From positions 210,001-242,000 of the forward strand of contig NC_008818.1 in assembly GCF_000015145.1 (NCBI RefSeq): a DNA stretch of 32,000 nucleotides, written 5' to 3'. This document shows, piece after piece, positions 9,441-19,218 of this stretch (the stretch's first letter is position 1; each line of letters opens with the position of its first letter). The translations under genes and the position numbers were made by a program. The notes beneath the pieces are model-generated. The model saw only the letters and a list, made by a program, of their open reading frames with translations. It had not been told where the DNA came from and searched no databases. Source of the stretch: Hyperthermus butylicus DSM 5456 (lineage in GTDB: Archaea; Thermoproteota; Thermoprotei_A; Sulfolobales; Pyrodictiaceae).

Positions 9441-10871
9441 CCGCGAACACCTCTCACAACCTCCCTAAGCCCATGCCTGCCGAGAACATGGGACACGGCT
9501 AGGTACGCGGTAGCAGCCTCGACCAAAGCTATGGCGGCTAGGTAGGCTAGGCTCGAGGCGTAGTCGAGTCTAGGAGCGCCAAACACGACGAACAATGTCT
9601 TCGGCATAGTCCTCTCGGCTAGAACCCCCGCTAGCGGGGCACCCAGGACGGCGCCGAGCAAGACACCGGGCAAGTAGCCGGTAGCAAACAATAGGAGGGC
9701 AAGTCTGCGTGCCAGCACGGGTTCTCCACCCAGCACCTCGACTAGGAGAAAGAGCTTCACACTACGGTTAACCGCGAGCCCCCACAACGCTGCGGGCACC
9801 AGGATGAAGGCGAGCGCAGCGTTAGCGACGATAACCCTGTAGCTAGCCTGAAGCGAGCCTAGACTCCTCTCCAAAACCTCCAGCTGAATCTTGATTATAG
9901 TACAGCCTATACAGCGTAATATTGTGCCTGGAAAGCACATCCTTAACAGCATCCATAACCTCCTCGGCGAGAGACACACTAGGCCTCTCAAGGTATATGA
10001 TGGCATACCAAGCCCACAAGTGCTCGCGGGAAAACCCGTAGCCCCAGGGCTCCAGGTAGCGGCCAAGAACCCCCTCAAGCACGGGGAAGAGGAGGCTACA
10101 CCTCGAGAAAACAATGTGCGTCTCTCCAAGTGGGCCAAACAGCTCCCGCGGAAGCACGCCCACAACTCGGAGATGCACCGGGATAACCCTGTGCCTAGTG
10201 CCAAGCATCAAAGGGTTACCTTCAGCGGCGACAGTAAGATTCACCGGCAAAACGCTACCCGTACAGTAGCCGTAGACCCTGCAAACCTCGTCAGAGACAA
10301 CAACCTCACCAGCATCCCCGGGCCACCTACCCTCAACAAGCCTTACAGGGCCAAAGAGGGCCGGTAGCTCCTCAATACTAGCATCAGCACAAACCATCCT
10401 AACAATCACGACGCCACCCCTACTACCCGGCATATTCGCCAGCGAGAAGTCTACACGCTCTACGGGCACGACCAGTTCCACGGGGAACACGTACACTGGG
10501 ACAACGCGCCTAACACCCGGCAGCTGCTAAATATCTCTCAGAGCCTTGGGCGAAAGCCAAGCCTCACTACGAAGAGCCACATCCTCAGTGGGCACCCCAT
10601 AGCTTTTAGCGAGATTTACTGTGTACTCGTCAACCAACACGGGGTCCAGGCTTGAACCCCAGTACGAGTCAATGAGTTTTATCTCGTAGAATATATAGCC
10701 CGCGTTAAGTAGTGCAACATGTTTGAAGAGCGAGTTCACTCTCTCGAGAAGCGTAAGGTAAGCAAGGAAGACACCAGACAATACGACTGAGAGAGCGGCG
10801 AGCAGGAGAAGAGACAACTTTACAGCCCTAGCAAGGGAGGAGAAGACGGTAAAAAGACCTCTTCTCTCCAT
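9437..10871 (-). pseudogene. FtsX/MacB-like ABC permease, split by an in-frame TAG (~10527) and a frameshift (~9870-9905)
   Basis: ORF 10527..10871 and ORF 9843..10496 are in the same frame (10871-10496=375) with ...SPKALRDI*QLPGVRRVVPVYVFPVELVV between them. The C-terminal TM portion (...IQLEVLERSLGSLQASYRVIVANAALAFILVP...) lies in another frame in ORF 9437..10204. Confidence 0.75.
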
Positions 10872-11480
10872 TGTGTAGTCCCCTGCTAAGATTACAGTTA
10901 TTGCAACTGCTGTTTAGGGATACTTGTAGACTAGCGTAACCCTCACTTGTCCAACAACTTCTACCACGTTAATATCGTGGAGTCAGTTGCAATAGCTGAT
11001 TTTGTACTTGATATCATAGCCAACTACTGGATCGGGCTCCTTATCTACTATCCCGAATTCCCAGACAGTACCGGGAGCAAGCCATACAGACTCTGCATAC
11101 CGGTGGCTAACACCTGGGCATCGTCATATATTAAATTACACCATGTGGAAGATAGCACTAGACTATAGTATTTTGTAAACAACGTCATAGACCGTCGTGG
11201 GTGCTATCTTTACGGTTGATGCTAGGGCTACGGATGATACCAGGTTTGCTATTGCTAGAACGGCTATGATTGCCAGGATTAGTGTGTAAGCGTGCGTATT
11301 TACTCATAATTTACACCCCATAACTTCGAGATATGAGTGTGTAGTGTTTGCTGCATAGTATATATCTTCTGGTTTTTGTAGAATATTTTCTACTTGTGTT
11401 CTATTTGAGGGTGTTTTTGCTTAATGTTTTTGCGAGTCCTTGCTTCGGGTTTGTTTGGGAGGGGAGGGTGGCGGCGAGGG

Positions 11481-12704
11481 ATGGGGCGGCTGCTGTGGCT
11501 TCTCGTAGCCGTCTTCCTATACAGTGCTGCGGCTGCTATTGCTAATGTTGCTGCGGGGCTATACGTGCTTGATCTCAGTGGCTCCCGCTTCTACCTTGTA
11601 CTGTCTGTTCTACTCTTCAATGCCGGGTTTGCGTTCTCCAGCCTCGTTGTTGTACACGTGGCTTCTCGCAGGCTTTCCGGCCACTTTGTTCTCGCTGCTG
11701 GCCTTGTGGGTGTTGCTGCTGCAGTTGCTGGGATGGCTTTTGCCCGCTGTGTTGTCGTTGTTGCTGTGTTGAATCTTGTCTATGGGGTGTTTGCAGCCCT
11801 GATCCAGCCTGTCGCTGTTTCTGCGGCGTCCCGTGTTGGTGGCGACGTGGCTGTGCCTAGGGTGAATATGGCTTCTAGCCTTGGCATTGTTGCTGGCGAT
11901 GGTGTTGCAGCTCTCTTCGCGGGCTCTATTGGCGTGCAGGGCCTCCTCATTGTAGCGGGATTCTTGGCAGCGGCTGCTGTGCTACCAGTGCTCTATGGGC
12001 CGCGCGTGCAGGCGGGAGTTAGGGGGTATCCCTCGCCTTCCGCTCCCCTTGTCACGGGGCGTGCCCGGTATACTCCACCTCACGTGGCTCGTAGTAGCTT
12101 GCCTATGCCCGCTTGCCGTGGTGGGGTTCCGTGGCAGGTTTATGCTGGTACGCTAGTGTTGTTTAGCGGTGTTGCACTATTCTTCTCCCCTATGCCAGCC
12201 TATCTCCGGGAGGCTGGGATTAGCGATTCAGGCATATACCTCCTCTCGATGGAGGCTCTTCTAGCTTCCACTGTTGCTTACGAGCTTCTCCGTAGGCTGG
12301 AGCTCGGCGTAGCTGTTGCCGCCCGGCTACTTGTCGCTGCGTCAGCTTCCAGGGTTGCAGTGTTCATGCTCCCGCTAGCCGGGTTTGGAGGCTTTGCACC
12401 CGTCGGGGCAGTGATGGCTCTCGTCTACCTCCTCGTGGGGGTCACCTGGGCTGCTATCTCCACGGGGCTCCCGCTTCTAGCTCTCCGGCTCGGAGGTGGC
12501 GAGGCCGGGGTTGGTAGGGTTAATGCGTTTATGAGCTTTGGCCTCGTCGTTGGCAGTCTCGTGGCTGCCCCGTTGGCGGAGGCCTATGGTGCTGTTGCAA
12601 CGTGCGCAGCCGCCTCTGCTCTTGCGGGGCTCTCTACAGTCTTCTTCGCCGTGGCTTCGGGGAGGCTCGCAGGCTGTGGTAATACCTTTAAGGCTTCTGC
12701 ATAG
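11481..12704 (+). CDS. Major facilitator superfamily-like transporter
   Basis: About 12 hydrophobic segments with two-fold MFS-like layout; VAVSAASRVGGDVAVPRVNMASSLGIVAGDG after TM4. ORF starts at 11424 but the likely start is 11481. Confidence 0.75.
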   Translation: MGRLLWLLVAVFLYSAAAAIANVAAGLYVLDLSGSRFYLVLSVLLFNAGFAFSSLVVVHVASRRLSGHFVLAAGLVGVAAAVAGMAFARCVVVVAVLNLVYGVFAALIQPVAVSAASRVGGDVAVPRVNMASSLGIVAGDGVAALFAGSIGVQGLLIVAGFLAAAAVLPVLYGPRVQAGVRGYPSPSAPLVTGRARYTPPHVARSSLPMPACRGGVPWQVYAGTLVLFSGVALFFSPMPAYLREAGISDSGIYLLSMEALLASTVAYELLRRLELGVAVAARLLVAASASRVAVFMLPLAGFGGFAPVGAVMALVYLLVGVTWAAISTGLPLLALRLGGGEAGVGRVNAFMSFGLVVGSLVAAPLAEAYGAVATCAAASALAGLSTVFFAVASGRLAGCGNTFKASA

Positions 12705-12740
12705 GTAATACTCTTCAGGGACTGGTAGGGGCAGAGGCCG

Positions 12741-14360
12741 TTGCAGTCGGCTAGGGTTGAGGCTAGGGAGGTCGTCTACCTCCTTCAGCCGCTGCCGTTC
12801 ACGGGTAAGATACGTGACGCCATATACGGCGATATAGACTATGTGAAGGATGCAGAGGACCTAATCTTCGACTCTTGGCCTGTCCAGAGGCTCCGCTACA
12901 TATACCAGCTTCAGCTGGCCCACCTCGTCTACCCCTCGGCAACCCATACAAGGTTTAGCCACAGCCTAGGCGTAATGCATCTAGCATACCGCTTCATGCA
13001 CCGCATAGTCTCCCAGCTGCAGGAGAAGGCTCTCCGGGAGCCCGGCAGCCTCTACAACATATTCCTCGAGAAGCCCCGCGAACTCCTCCTAGCAGCGCGT
13101 ATCGCCGGGCTACTCCACGACATCGGCCACGGGCCTTTTAGCCACGCCTTCGACTACTACGTGCTCTCTCGCCATGACGTAGTCGGGTTTAGGGTTGGGA
13201 ACCACGAGATATTGAGCTATGTGCTGTACCGGTTCCAGCTCCGCGACACCGTGCGCAGGGCAGCGGAGGGTATGGGGCTTGACGGGGAGCTTGTAGTATC
13301 GCTAGTCGACGAGGCTATGAAGCCGCCGAGGGATAACAAGGAGTACACAGACCTCGCCAATAGCGGGGGGTTCGCTGCTGGGCTTAGTGGTGAAGACTTC
13401 TACCAGCCCCACCCCGACATGGAGCCCCATAAGCTCGTCCGGCTTGTGGTGAGGGACTTTCTCTACCCAGCCGACATAATGGACTATCTTATACGCGACA
13501 GTTACTTCACGCAGGCACCGATAGGCTCTATTGACGTGCAGAGGCTGATAGGCGAGACGTACGTCGTGGAGTATCATGAGCAGCTATGGCCGGCTATTTC
13601 AAGGAAGGCTGTGGATAACCTTGTAAGGCTTCTCAATGCTCGTAAGCTGATGTATAAGAACGTGTACCTACACCCCGTTAACAAGGCTTTCGACCACACC
13701 CTAGGCATGGTGTTTAACCGGTGTAACGCGTTGAGCACCATGATTGCTGAGGCGCTTGACGCGATGCTCCGGGAGGGCAGGCTCGAGAGGTATAGGGGCC
13801 TCACAGACTACACAATCTACGGCATGTTGAGCTACTGGCTTGCGACCGGCAGACTCCACGACGAGTGTAGTGATAGCCAAGCAGCTGAGGCTGTGAAGTC
13901 GCTGCTGGACTACCGGAAGCCCCTCTGGAAGTGGGTGCAGAGGCTCTCAATACCCGAGGATAAGGCTGGCCACCTAGCCCGCGGGAAGAAGGCTGTCTAC
14001 GAACAGCAGTTGGCACGAGATTTCGCCGAACATGCTGGCATCGACCCAGAGGAGGTTCTAGTGGATATTGGGAGGGTTAGCGCATACTCCTCCTCCGCGA
14101 CCACTATAACCCCGTACGTCTTCATAGCCGATACTGTCGGGGGTAGAGTGGCAGCGCCGGAGCCGAAGACGCTGGATCAGTTCCTCCATGAGCACCGGGT
14201 TGCCGGGGAGGTCATAGTGACGTTCTACGTTGAGCGAACCAGGTACCGCAAGCTGAGGGATGACAGTGGGGCCATGAGGAGGCTTGCAGAGGCTGCCAAG
14301 AGGGCACTCCACGACTATGTCCCAGAGGCGCCGATCCGGGAGATGGTTGAAACCTCCTAG
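12741..14360 (+). CDS. HD-domain phosphohydrolase (dGTPase-like family)
   Basis: THTRFSHSLGVMHLAYRFM, RIAGLLHDIGHGPFSHAFDYY, FLYPADIMDYLIRDSYFTQAPIGSIDVQRLI. Confidence 0.92.
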   Translation: MQSARVEAREVVYLLQPLPFTGKIRDAIYGDIDYVKDAEDLIFDSWPVQRLRYIYQLQLAHLVYPSATHTRFSHSLGVMHLAYRFMHRIVSQLQEKALREPGSLYNIFLEKPRELLLAARIAGLLHDIGHGPFSHAFDYYVLSRHDVVGFRVGNHEILSYVLYRFQLRDTVRRAAEGMGLDGELVVSLVDEAMKPPRDNKEYTDLANSGGFAAGLSGEDFYQPHPDMEPHKLVRLVVRDFLYPADIMDYLIRDSYFTQAPIGSIDVQRLIGETYVVEYHEQLWPAISRKAVDNLVRLLNARKLMYKNVYLHPVNKAFDHTLGMVFNRCNALSTMIAEALDAMLREGRLERYRGLTDYTIYGMLSYWLATGRLHDECSDSQAAEAVKSLLDYRKPLWKWVQRLSIPEDKAGHLARGKKAVYEQQLARDFAEHAGIDPEEVLVDIGRVSAYSSSATTITPYVFIADTVGGRVAAPEPKTLDQFLHEHRVAGEVIVTFYVERTRYRKLRDDSGAMRRLAEAAKRALHDYVPEAPIREMVETS

Positions 14361-14749
14361 CCCGCGCGTGCGAGGAAGATGCTCCAAGCCTCCCGTATGA
14401 GGCGGGCGCCGTTAATCTCTGCTCTCGGCCGTGCTGTCAGCTCCGCGGGTTCCAGTACTCCGCGCGTCCCCACCCTAACCCTTCCAGCCTCGATGAGTTC
14501 CCATAGGTCGGTTTCTAACTCCCGGCAGAAGGGCCCGGTGGCGTATAGCTCCCAGCGGCACCCCCGATAGCCCAGGTCTACACCGTAGACCTCCTGCAGC
14601 AGGTAGACTAAGCTATGCAGTGCTATGCGGTCAACCCTGTAGACCCTTAGGAGCTCGAGGAGCTTCTCTGTCCGGTTGCTGGCCAATGCTAGCCCCGGTA
14701 GAGAAATTAGCGGGATGGACACACTCCCGGGCCCCCTCGGCCTGAACAA
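14357..14749 (-). CDS. Hypothetical protein, possibly YwgA-like
   Basis: RIALHSLVYLLQEVYGVDLGYRGCRWELYATGPFCRELETDLWELIEAGRV resembles a YwgA-type HSLVYLLQ...GPxSxEL pattern. Family assignment is tentative. Confidence 0.5.
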   Translation of the reverse strand: MFRPRGPGSVSIPLISLPGLALASNRTEKLLELLRVYRVDRIALHSLVYLLQEVYGVDLGYRGCRWELYATGPFCRELETDLWELIEAGRVRVGTRGVLEPAELTARPRAEINGARLIREAWSIFLARAG

Positions 14750-14958
14750 TACCAGTGTAATACCCTATCTAGGCTCCTCTTGCATGTGAGTCTACGTGAT
14801 TTCCATATCCTGTATTTTACTTGGACTTCACTGGCTACTACCGGGCGACTATTGCGGGGATGAGAGTCAGCTAGGGCTGCTCTGGAAGCCCCCCAGCTAG
14901 GTACATCATTACTATGCATGCGCTGGCCAGCTGTTAGGTTAGACTCTTATCGGGTGTT

Positions 14959-15801
14959 TTGACCGCTATTACATGGCTTGGTGAGCTGCTAGGTTTTGAT
15001 GTTGATATAAGAGATCCATCATCACTACTTGACATTGTAAAGCATGTTGTCCCCGATATTGTTGGCGGGCTAGAGATAATAGCCATACTAGCTCCCTACG
15101 ACTCGACAGAGTATGAGCTTGCCAGGTTTTCCTCTGGGCTCACCGTGCTCCTACACAGTCTCGTCCTACTCTTGTCTGTGCTCTATGCTAGCATTCTACA
15201 TGAGGCTTTCGTAACTGGAATCTATGGTGTAATATCAGCTGCTGAGGGATCCAGAACAAGGGTTTTTACGAGAATTCTTGGCAGTAGCCTAGCTCTCTTC
15301 ACACCCTTTATCATCTTAGCTAGCCTTCCGGCGCTGGTTTCTCCCGTTATGAATGGCTGGCTGGGCTATCGTGGGTTTACGCCGATGGTCATAGTGTGGC
15401 TGTCTATGTTCGCCTCGCTACTTGTAGAGCTACTATTCTACATGGCGCTAGCATCGATTATGGCGTATTACGGGTACTTTATAGAGTACGTAGTGCTTGC
15501 AGTTATGATGTTGTTTGTATTCCCATTAGTATCCGTGACTGTTCTATCGTCAGTGCTTGGAAGTGAAGCTCTTGTTAGGATCTTCTTCACAGTCGTGGTG
15601 GCTATCCGACCCCTACATGCTGCACCAGGTATTGTGGTAGAAGTTGTGAAGAACACCTCCTGGGATAAGGTGGCATCCCCCTTGGTGCCGAGCACTGTTG
15701 AGTCAATACTTTCCGTGATAGGCTTTTGTTTCTCCGTTCTTGCTAGTACCGCAATGCTCCTGGCAACATACCACTTGTTAAAGAAACAAGGTGTACCCTA
15801 G
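14959..15801 (+). CDS. Hypothetical polytopic membrane protein (ABC-2-permease-like topology possible)
   Basis: 280-aa ORF with about 6 hydrophobic segments; no recognised motif. The start is uncertain. Confidence 0.55.
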   Translation: MTAITWLGELLGFDVDIRDPSSLLDIVKHVVPDIVGGLEIIAILAPYDSTEYELARFSSGLTVLLHSLVLLLSVLYASILHEAFVTGIYGVISAAEGSRTRVFTRILGSSLALFTPFIILASLPALVSPVMNGWLGYRGFTPMVIVWLSMFASLLVELLFYMALASIMAYYGYFIEYVVLAVMMLFVFPLVSVTVLSSVLGSEALVRIFFTVVVAIRPLHAAPGIVVEVVKNTSWDKVASPLVPSTVESILSVIGFCFSVLASTAMLLATYHLLKKQGVP

Positions 15802-16042
15802 ACTATCCGGCATACGTTACGCGGCTAACCCAATTCTCCCCCTTCAGACTCTTAACCCTTCTCATTTATCGCGTGTACCAAGTGCTCAGATGATTTGAAG
15901 AGCGCACAGCATACGGACTTTGTAGGGTTTCGCTTATCCGTGCTTAGTCTTTCATATCCACTAAACGAACTGTAGCACATTATCATTCGGAGTATAGGGT
16001 TTGGGGTAGTCTTTTCCTTTTTCTACAGCTGACTGATGTCGA

Positions 16043-16279
16043 GTGGACGTCAGGAGGGTTGTCGAGGGTGTTCAAGCGATTAGGGATAGTATGATCTACG
16101 CTCCCTTAACGGGCGAGGCTGTAGAGCAGGCTATACGCATGTACATGATGGGGCACCGGGATATGGTCGATAACCTCCTCTACTCGATAGCTCCGGCGAA
16201 CAACTTGGTACTACTGACTATAGATGACAGCCTCGTAGACTTCATCCGTAGGCACCGTCTTCCGGAGAGCACATCGTGA
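16043..16279 (+). pseudogene. Candidate C-terminal fragment of a PIN-domain protein
   Basis: MVDNLLYSIAPANNLVLLTIDDSLVDFIRRHRL matches the C-terminal half of a PIN fold (D..LLY.IA......LLTID..L..F). No N-terminal half with the first acidic residue was found upstream. Confidence 0.45.
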
Positions 16280-16359
16280 CACCGGAGGAGCTCTAGACCT
16301 CTCTAGGACTCCTTTACGGCTTCCCTTAGGCCACTGGCTCCGCGCTTCGAGAGCCATGG

Positions 16360-17181
16360 TTATGCCCCATCTGGTTTCCGTCTAACAGTCTTCGCTAGCT
16401 CGGCAACTTTCTCCCAGCCTCCAAGGCTGTACTTTAGGAGGCGAATACCCAGAGGTATGGGCAGCGATGTCGTCTCGAAGACACCCTCCCTTAGAGCGTC
16501 GAGTGTCGGCTTGCAGTACAAGCGGCCATCGTGTAGTATGCATGTCCTGGTTGAGTACTCTATTATCGCGTCTAGGTCGTGGCTAGCCATTATGACTATC
16601 TTGCCCCGCCTTGCTGCCGTCCTGATGGCACGGGATAACACCATGATCCCTTGGCGGTCCAGGTTTGCTGTTGGCTCGTCGAGGAGTAGGATGTCGGGGT
16701 CGTAGACTAGTATTGAGGCTAGAGCTACTAGGCGGCGCTGGCCGATGCTGAGCTTGTAGGGGGGCTGGGGAAGCAGCTCCTCTATCCCCAGCTGCCTAGC
16801 AATACTGTGCACCCGCTCGCGTACAATACTCTCCTCCAATCCTAGGCTGCGCAGCGCATAGGCTATCTCGTCGTAGACTGTGGGGTTGAAGAGCTGGTCG
16901 TCAGGGTTCTGGAACAATATCCCGATCCTCTGCCGTGCCATGGGAAGCTGCTCGCTGAGCGGGCGCCCGTCAAGAAGAACTTCGCCCTTATCGGGGGTTA
17001 GAAGCCCAGCCAGCAGGAGGAGAAGCGTAGACTTGCCACTGCCCGTGGGGCCTGCCAGGGCTACAACTTCTCCTGCCTTGACGCGCAGGTTTACACCCTT
17101 CAATACCGGGTTTTTGCGGGTATAGCTGAACCATAAGTTTCTAGCCTCAATTACCGACAAACACGCCAAGCCCCGCTGCAA
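16360..17181 (-). CDS. cbiO: Cobalt/nickel ECF transporter ATPase
   Basis: VIEARNLWFSY, ALAGPTGSGKSTLLLLLAGLL, GILFQNPDDQLFNPTVYDEIAYALRSLGL, LSIGQRRLVALASILVYDPDILLLDEPTANLD, ASHDLD. Confidence 0.95.
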   Translation of the reverse strand: MQRGLACLSVIEARNLWFSYTRKNPVLKGVNLRVKAGEVVALAGPTGSGKSTLLLLLAGLLTPDKGEVLLDGRPLSEQLPMARQRIGILFQNPDDQLFNPTVYDEIAYALRSLGLEESIVRERVHSIARQLGIEELLPQPPYKLSIGQRRLVALASILVYDPDILLLDEPTANLDRQGIMVLSRAIRTAARRGKIVIMASHDLDAIIEYSTRTCILHDGRLYCKPTLDALREGVFETTSLPIPLGIRLLKYSLGGWEKVAELAKTVRRKPDGA

Positions 17182-17920
17182 TAATCACTGCCGCCTGGGG
17201 AGCGTACGCGAGCAAGCCGCGAAGCGCACCCTCCCCGGGCCTCGAGAAGTATACACTGTAGCGTGCAAGACTACGGGCCTCAACAGCCATGCTGAGTACT
17301 AGAGCACGATGCATGCTCCGAACCACTAGCTCGCCAATAGTGCTCGATAATAATCTCCACTCTTTGCGTAGCCTCTGTCTGCGGAGACTCCTCGCCTTAC
17401 GGGCGCTTATCAACCTAATCGTTTCAGCAGCCAAAAGCGGCACATAGTATAGCACTAGGTGCATCGACTCTGCAAACTCTCCCGGCACGCCAAGCCTCCG
17501 CATACCAAGTGCCAGGCCTCTCCAGCCAATGAGCCTGGCAACAGAGACAACCACTATCGTCGACGCTACAACTCTTAGTATGAGCAGCTCGGCCTCCCCA
17601 TGCCTCCCCATAACTATAAGCGGCGCTGAGATGACCATCGAGGAAGCTAGCACATACACTATCGGAGTTAGAGTTGCACGTTTCCTCTCTGCATCGTTGC
17701 TCAGGAGGTAGGCTAGAGGAACAAGAGAACCAGCAATACCAGCTACAGCGGGGGCCGGAGAGCTGGACGAAGATATGAGTGCCACGCTGACCACCAGTGT
17801 GAGGAAAACAAGCTCTGGGCGTGGAGGCCGAACAAGGCCTTCACTCATGGCTAAGGCTGTAGCAGCGTCACGCAACCCCTCAAGAACGCCCTTGAGTGCC
17901 TTGTCGAGCCCCGTGCTCAA
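17147..17920 (-). CDS. cbiQ: Cobalt/nickel ECF transporter T-component
   Basis: Hydrophobic T-component with EARSLARYSVYFSRPGEG near the C-terminus and location in a cbiM-N-Q-O order. Likely TTG start at 17920 overlaps the upstream stop (TTGA); the ORF track start at 18046 is probably too early. Confidence 0.85.
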   Translation of the reverse strand: MSTGLDKALKGVLEGLRDAATALAMSEGLVRPPRPELVFLTLVVSVALISSSSSPAPAVAGIAGSLVPLAYLLSNDAERKRATLTPIVYVLASSMVISAPLIVMGRHGEAELLILRVVASTIVVVSVARLIGWRGLALGMRRLGVPGEFAESMHLVLYYVPLLAAETIRLISARKARSLRRQRLRKEWRLLSSTIGELVVRSMHRALVLSMAVEARSLARYSVYFSRPGEGALRGLLAYAPQAAVIIAAGLGVFVGN

Positions 17921-18213
17921 CGTTTTGCCAGCCTCGCAGCTGCCAAGCCTATGCCGAGTATCACACCTACGCCTATTGCGCCAGCTACTATGTAGCCTAT
18001 AGTGTCGGGTAGACCCGGCACGGTGTAGTCGCTGAAGGGTGTCCACTCCGCGATAGTGTGCTCCTCCAGGCCGAGCTTCTCAGCAGCAACATCGAGGGGT
18101 TCATGGTATCCGACTTTCTCTGCCAACACGACTCCAAATATTGGACTAATCACAAGCAATGCTGCAGCCACGATGAGAGCGCCACGGTACCTGCTTAGGA
18201 GGCCCTTCATCAT
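17917..18213 (-). CDS. PDGLE-domain (CbiN-like) component of the cobalt/nickel transporter
   Basis: ISPIFGVVLAEKVGYHEPLDVAAEKLGLEE...FSDYTVPGLPDTIGYIVAGAIGVGVILGIG. Confidence 0.85.
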   Translation of the reverse strand: MMKGLLSRYRGALIVAAALLVISPIFGVVLAEKVGYHEPLDVAAEKLGLEEHTIAEWTPFSDYTVPGLPDTIGYIVAGAIGVGVILGIGLAAARLAKR

Positions 18214-18228
18214 TCCACCCCCGCTGAG

Positions 18229-18894
18229 TCAAGCCGCTGTATAGGCAGCTATCTTCTCGGCTGTCTCCACAATAGGACTGTGACGCTGGTACAGATAGTC
18301 GACTACGAGGGCCGTTATCAGCCCCTCTATCACGCCGAGAGCAGCATGCCATGTAACCATTACGGGTACCGAAATTTCAACCCCGTAGGGGAATGATGGA
18401 CTTAGACCTATCTCTACGCCGGCTGCAAGGCCCGCCAGCACTATTCCCAGCCATCCGCCGAGGAATGCACCTATGAACCTAGCCCTCCTGGTACCATCCA
18501 AGCTTCTCGCTATAGCCTTGTACACGTAGTAGCCGGCTAGGACAGCCACTATACCCATGTTCAGTATATTAGCGCCCAGTGTCGTTATGCCGCCGTCGTG
18601 GAATACTAGTGTCTGCACAGCGAGAACTAGCGCCATAACATAGAAGCCCAGCCAGGGCCCAAAAAGTATGCCAGCTAACGCACCACCAACAAAGTGTAGC
18701 GATGTGCCGCCGGGCAGTGGCCAGTTCAGCATCTGCGCCACGAATATACCAGCAGCAAGCACAGACATCGCAACTACCTGCTCGCGAGTGAAGAGCCCAC
18801 GTATTCTCCTCCACGCATACACGGCATATGCTAGCGTGGCAGCATAGGTTCCGGCAATCCAGAAGGGGTCAAGAAAGCCGTCCGGAATATGCAT
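18229..18894 (-). CDS. cbiM: Cobalt/nickel ECF transporter substrate-binding S-component
   Basis: MHIPDGFLDPFW N-terminus (metal-binding MHIPDG), LNWPLPGGTSLHFVGGALAGILFGPW. True start at the internal ATG 18894. Confidence 0.95.
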   Translation of the reverse strand: MHIPDGFLDPFWIAGTYAATLAYAVYAWRRIRGLFTREQVVAMSVLAAGIFVAQMLNWPLPGGTSLHFVGGALAGILFGPWLGFYVMALVLAVQTLVFHDGGITTLGANILNMGIVAVLAGYYVYKAIARSLDGTRRARFIGAFLGGWLGIVLAGLAAGVEIGLSPSFPYGVEISVPVMVTWHAALGVIEGLITALVVDYLYQRHSPIVETAEKIAAYTAA

Positions 18895-19218
18895 GCCCCA
18901 TGCCCCCTGTGCACCTTTCACCTACAAATGGTACACATCACAGGACCTATTTAAAATTGACCCTTTCCTAGCGTAAAACCGGAGAAACGCATAGAGTAAC
19001 ACAAAGCCATGGGTCACAGCATGTCCATGCATGGTCTCTACACAATCCAGCAGCCGTAAGAGAGTAGAGCAATTACCAGCTAGCTAGTCGACCCACACAC
19101 GCGTCCTGAGCTAGCAGACCACATAGCCTTGCCGGGCCCACAGCCGTATAGGCGCAGAGTTAGGCTCCAAGTAATGCCTAGTTGTACCAGGGCAGTGGCG
19201 GGCTGGCAGATTCATGGC

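Noticed and set aside
10527-10529. Pyrrolysine or programmed readthrough at in-frame TAG (also 6952-6954)
   Set aside because: TAG is the stop codon of many genes here (e.g. peroxiredoxin, glycerate kinase, HD protein), and both affected genes also carry frameshifts, so decay is the simpler explanation.
10947-11168. 73-aa plus-strand ORF in a relatively AT-rich gap
   Set aside because: No recognisable motif or hydrophobic pattern; likely chance.
18925-19215. Intergenic region checked for tRNA, C/D box sRNA or riboswitch
   Set aside because: No T-loop GGTTCRA-like consensus, no paired C (RUGAUGA) and D (CUGA) boxes, and no convincing cloverleaf by eye. tRNAscan-SE/Snoscan would be needed to settle it.
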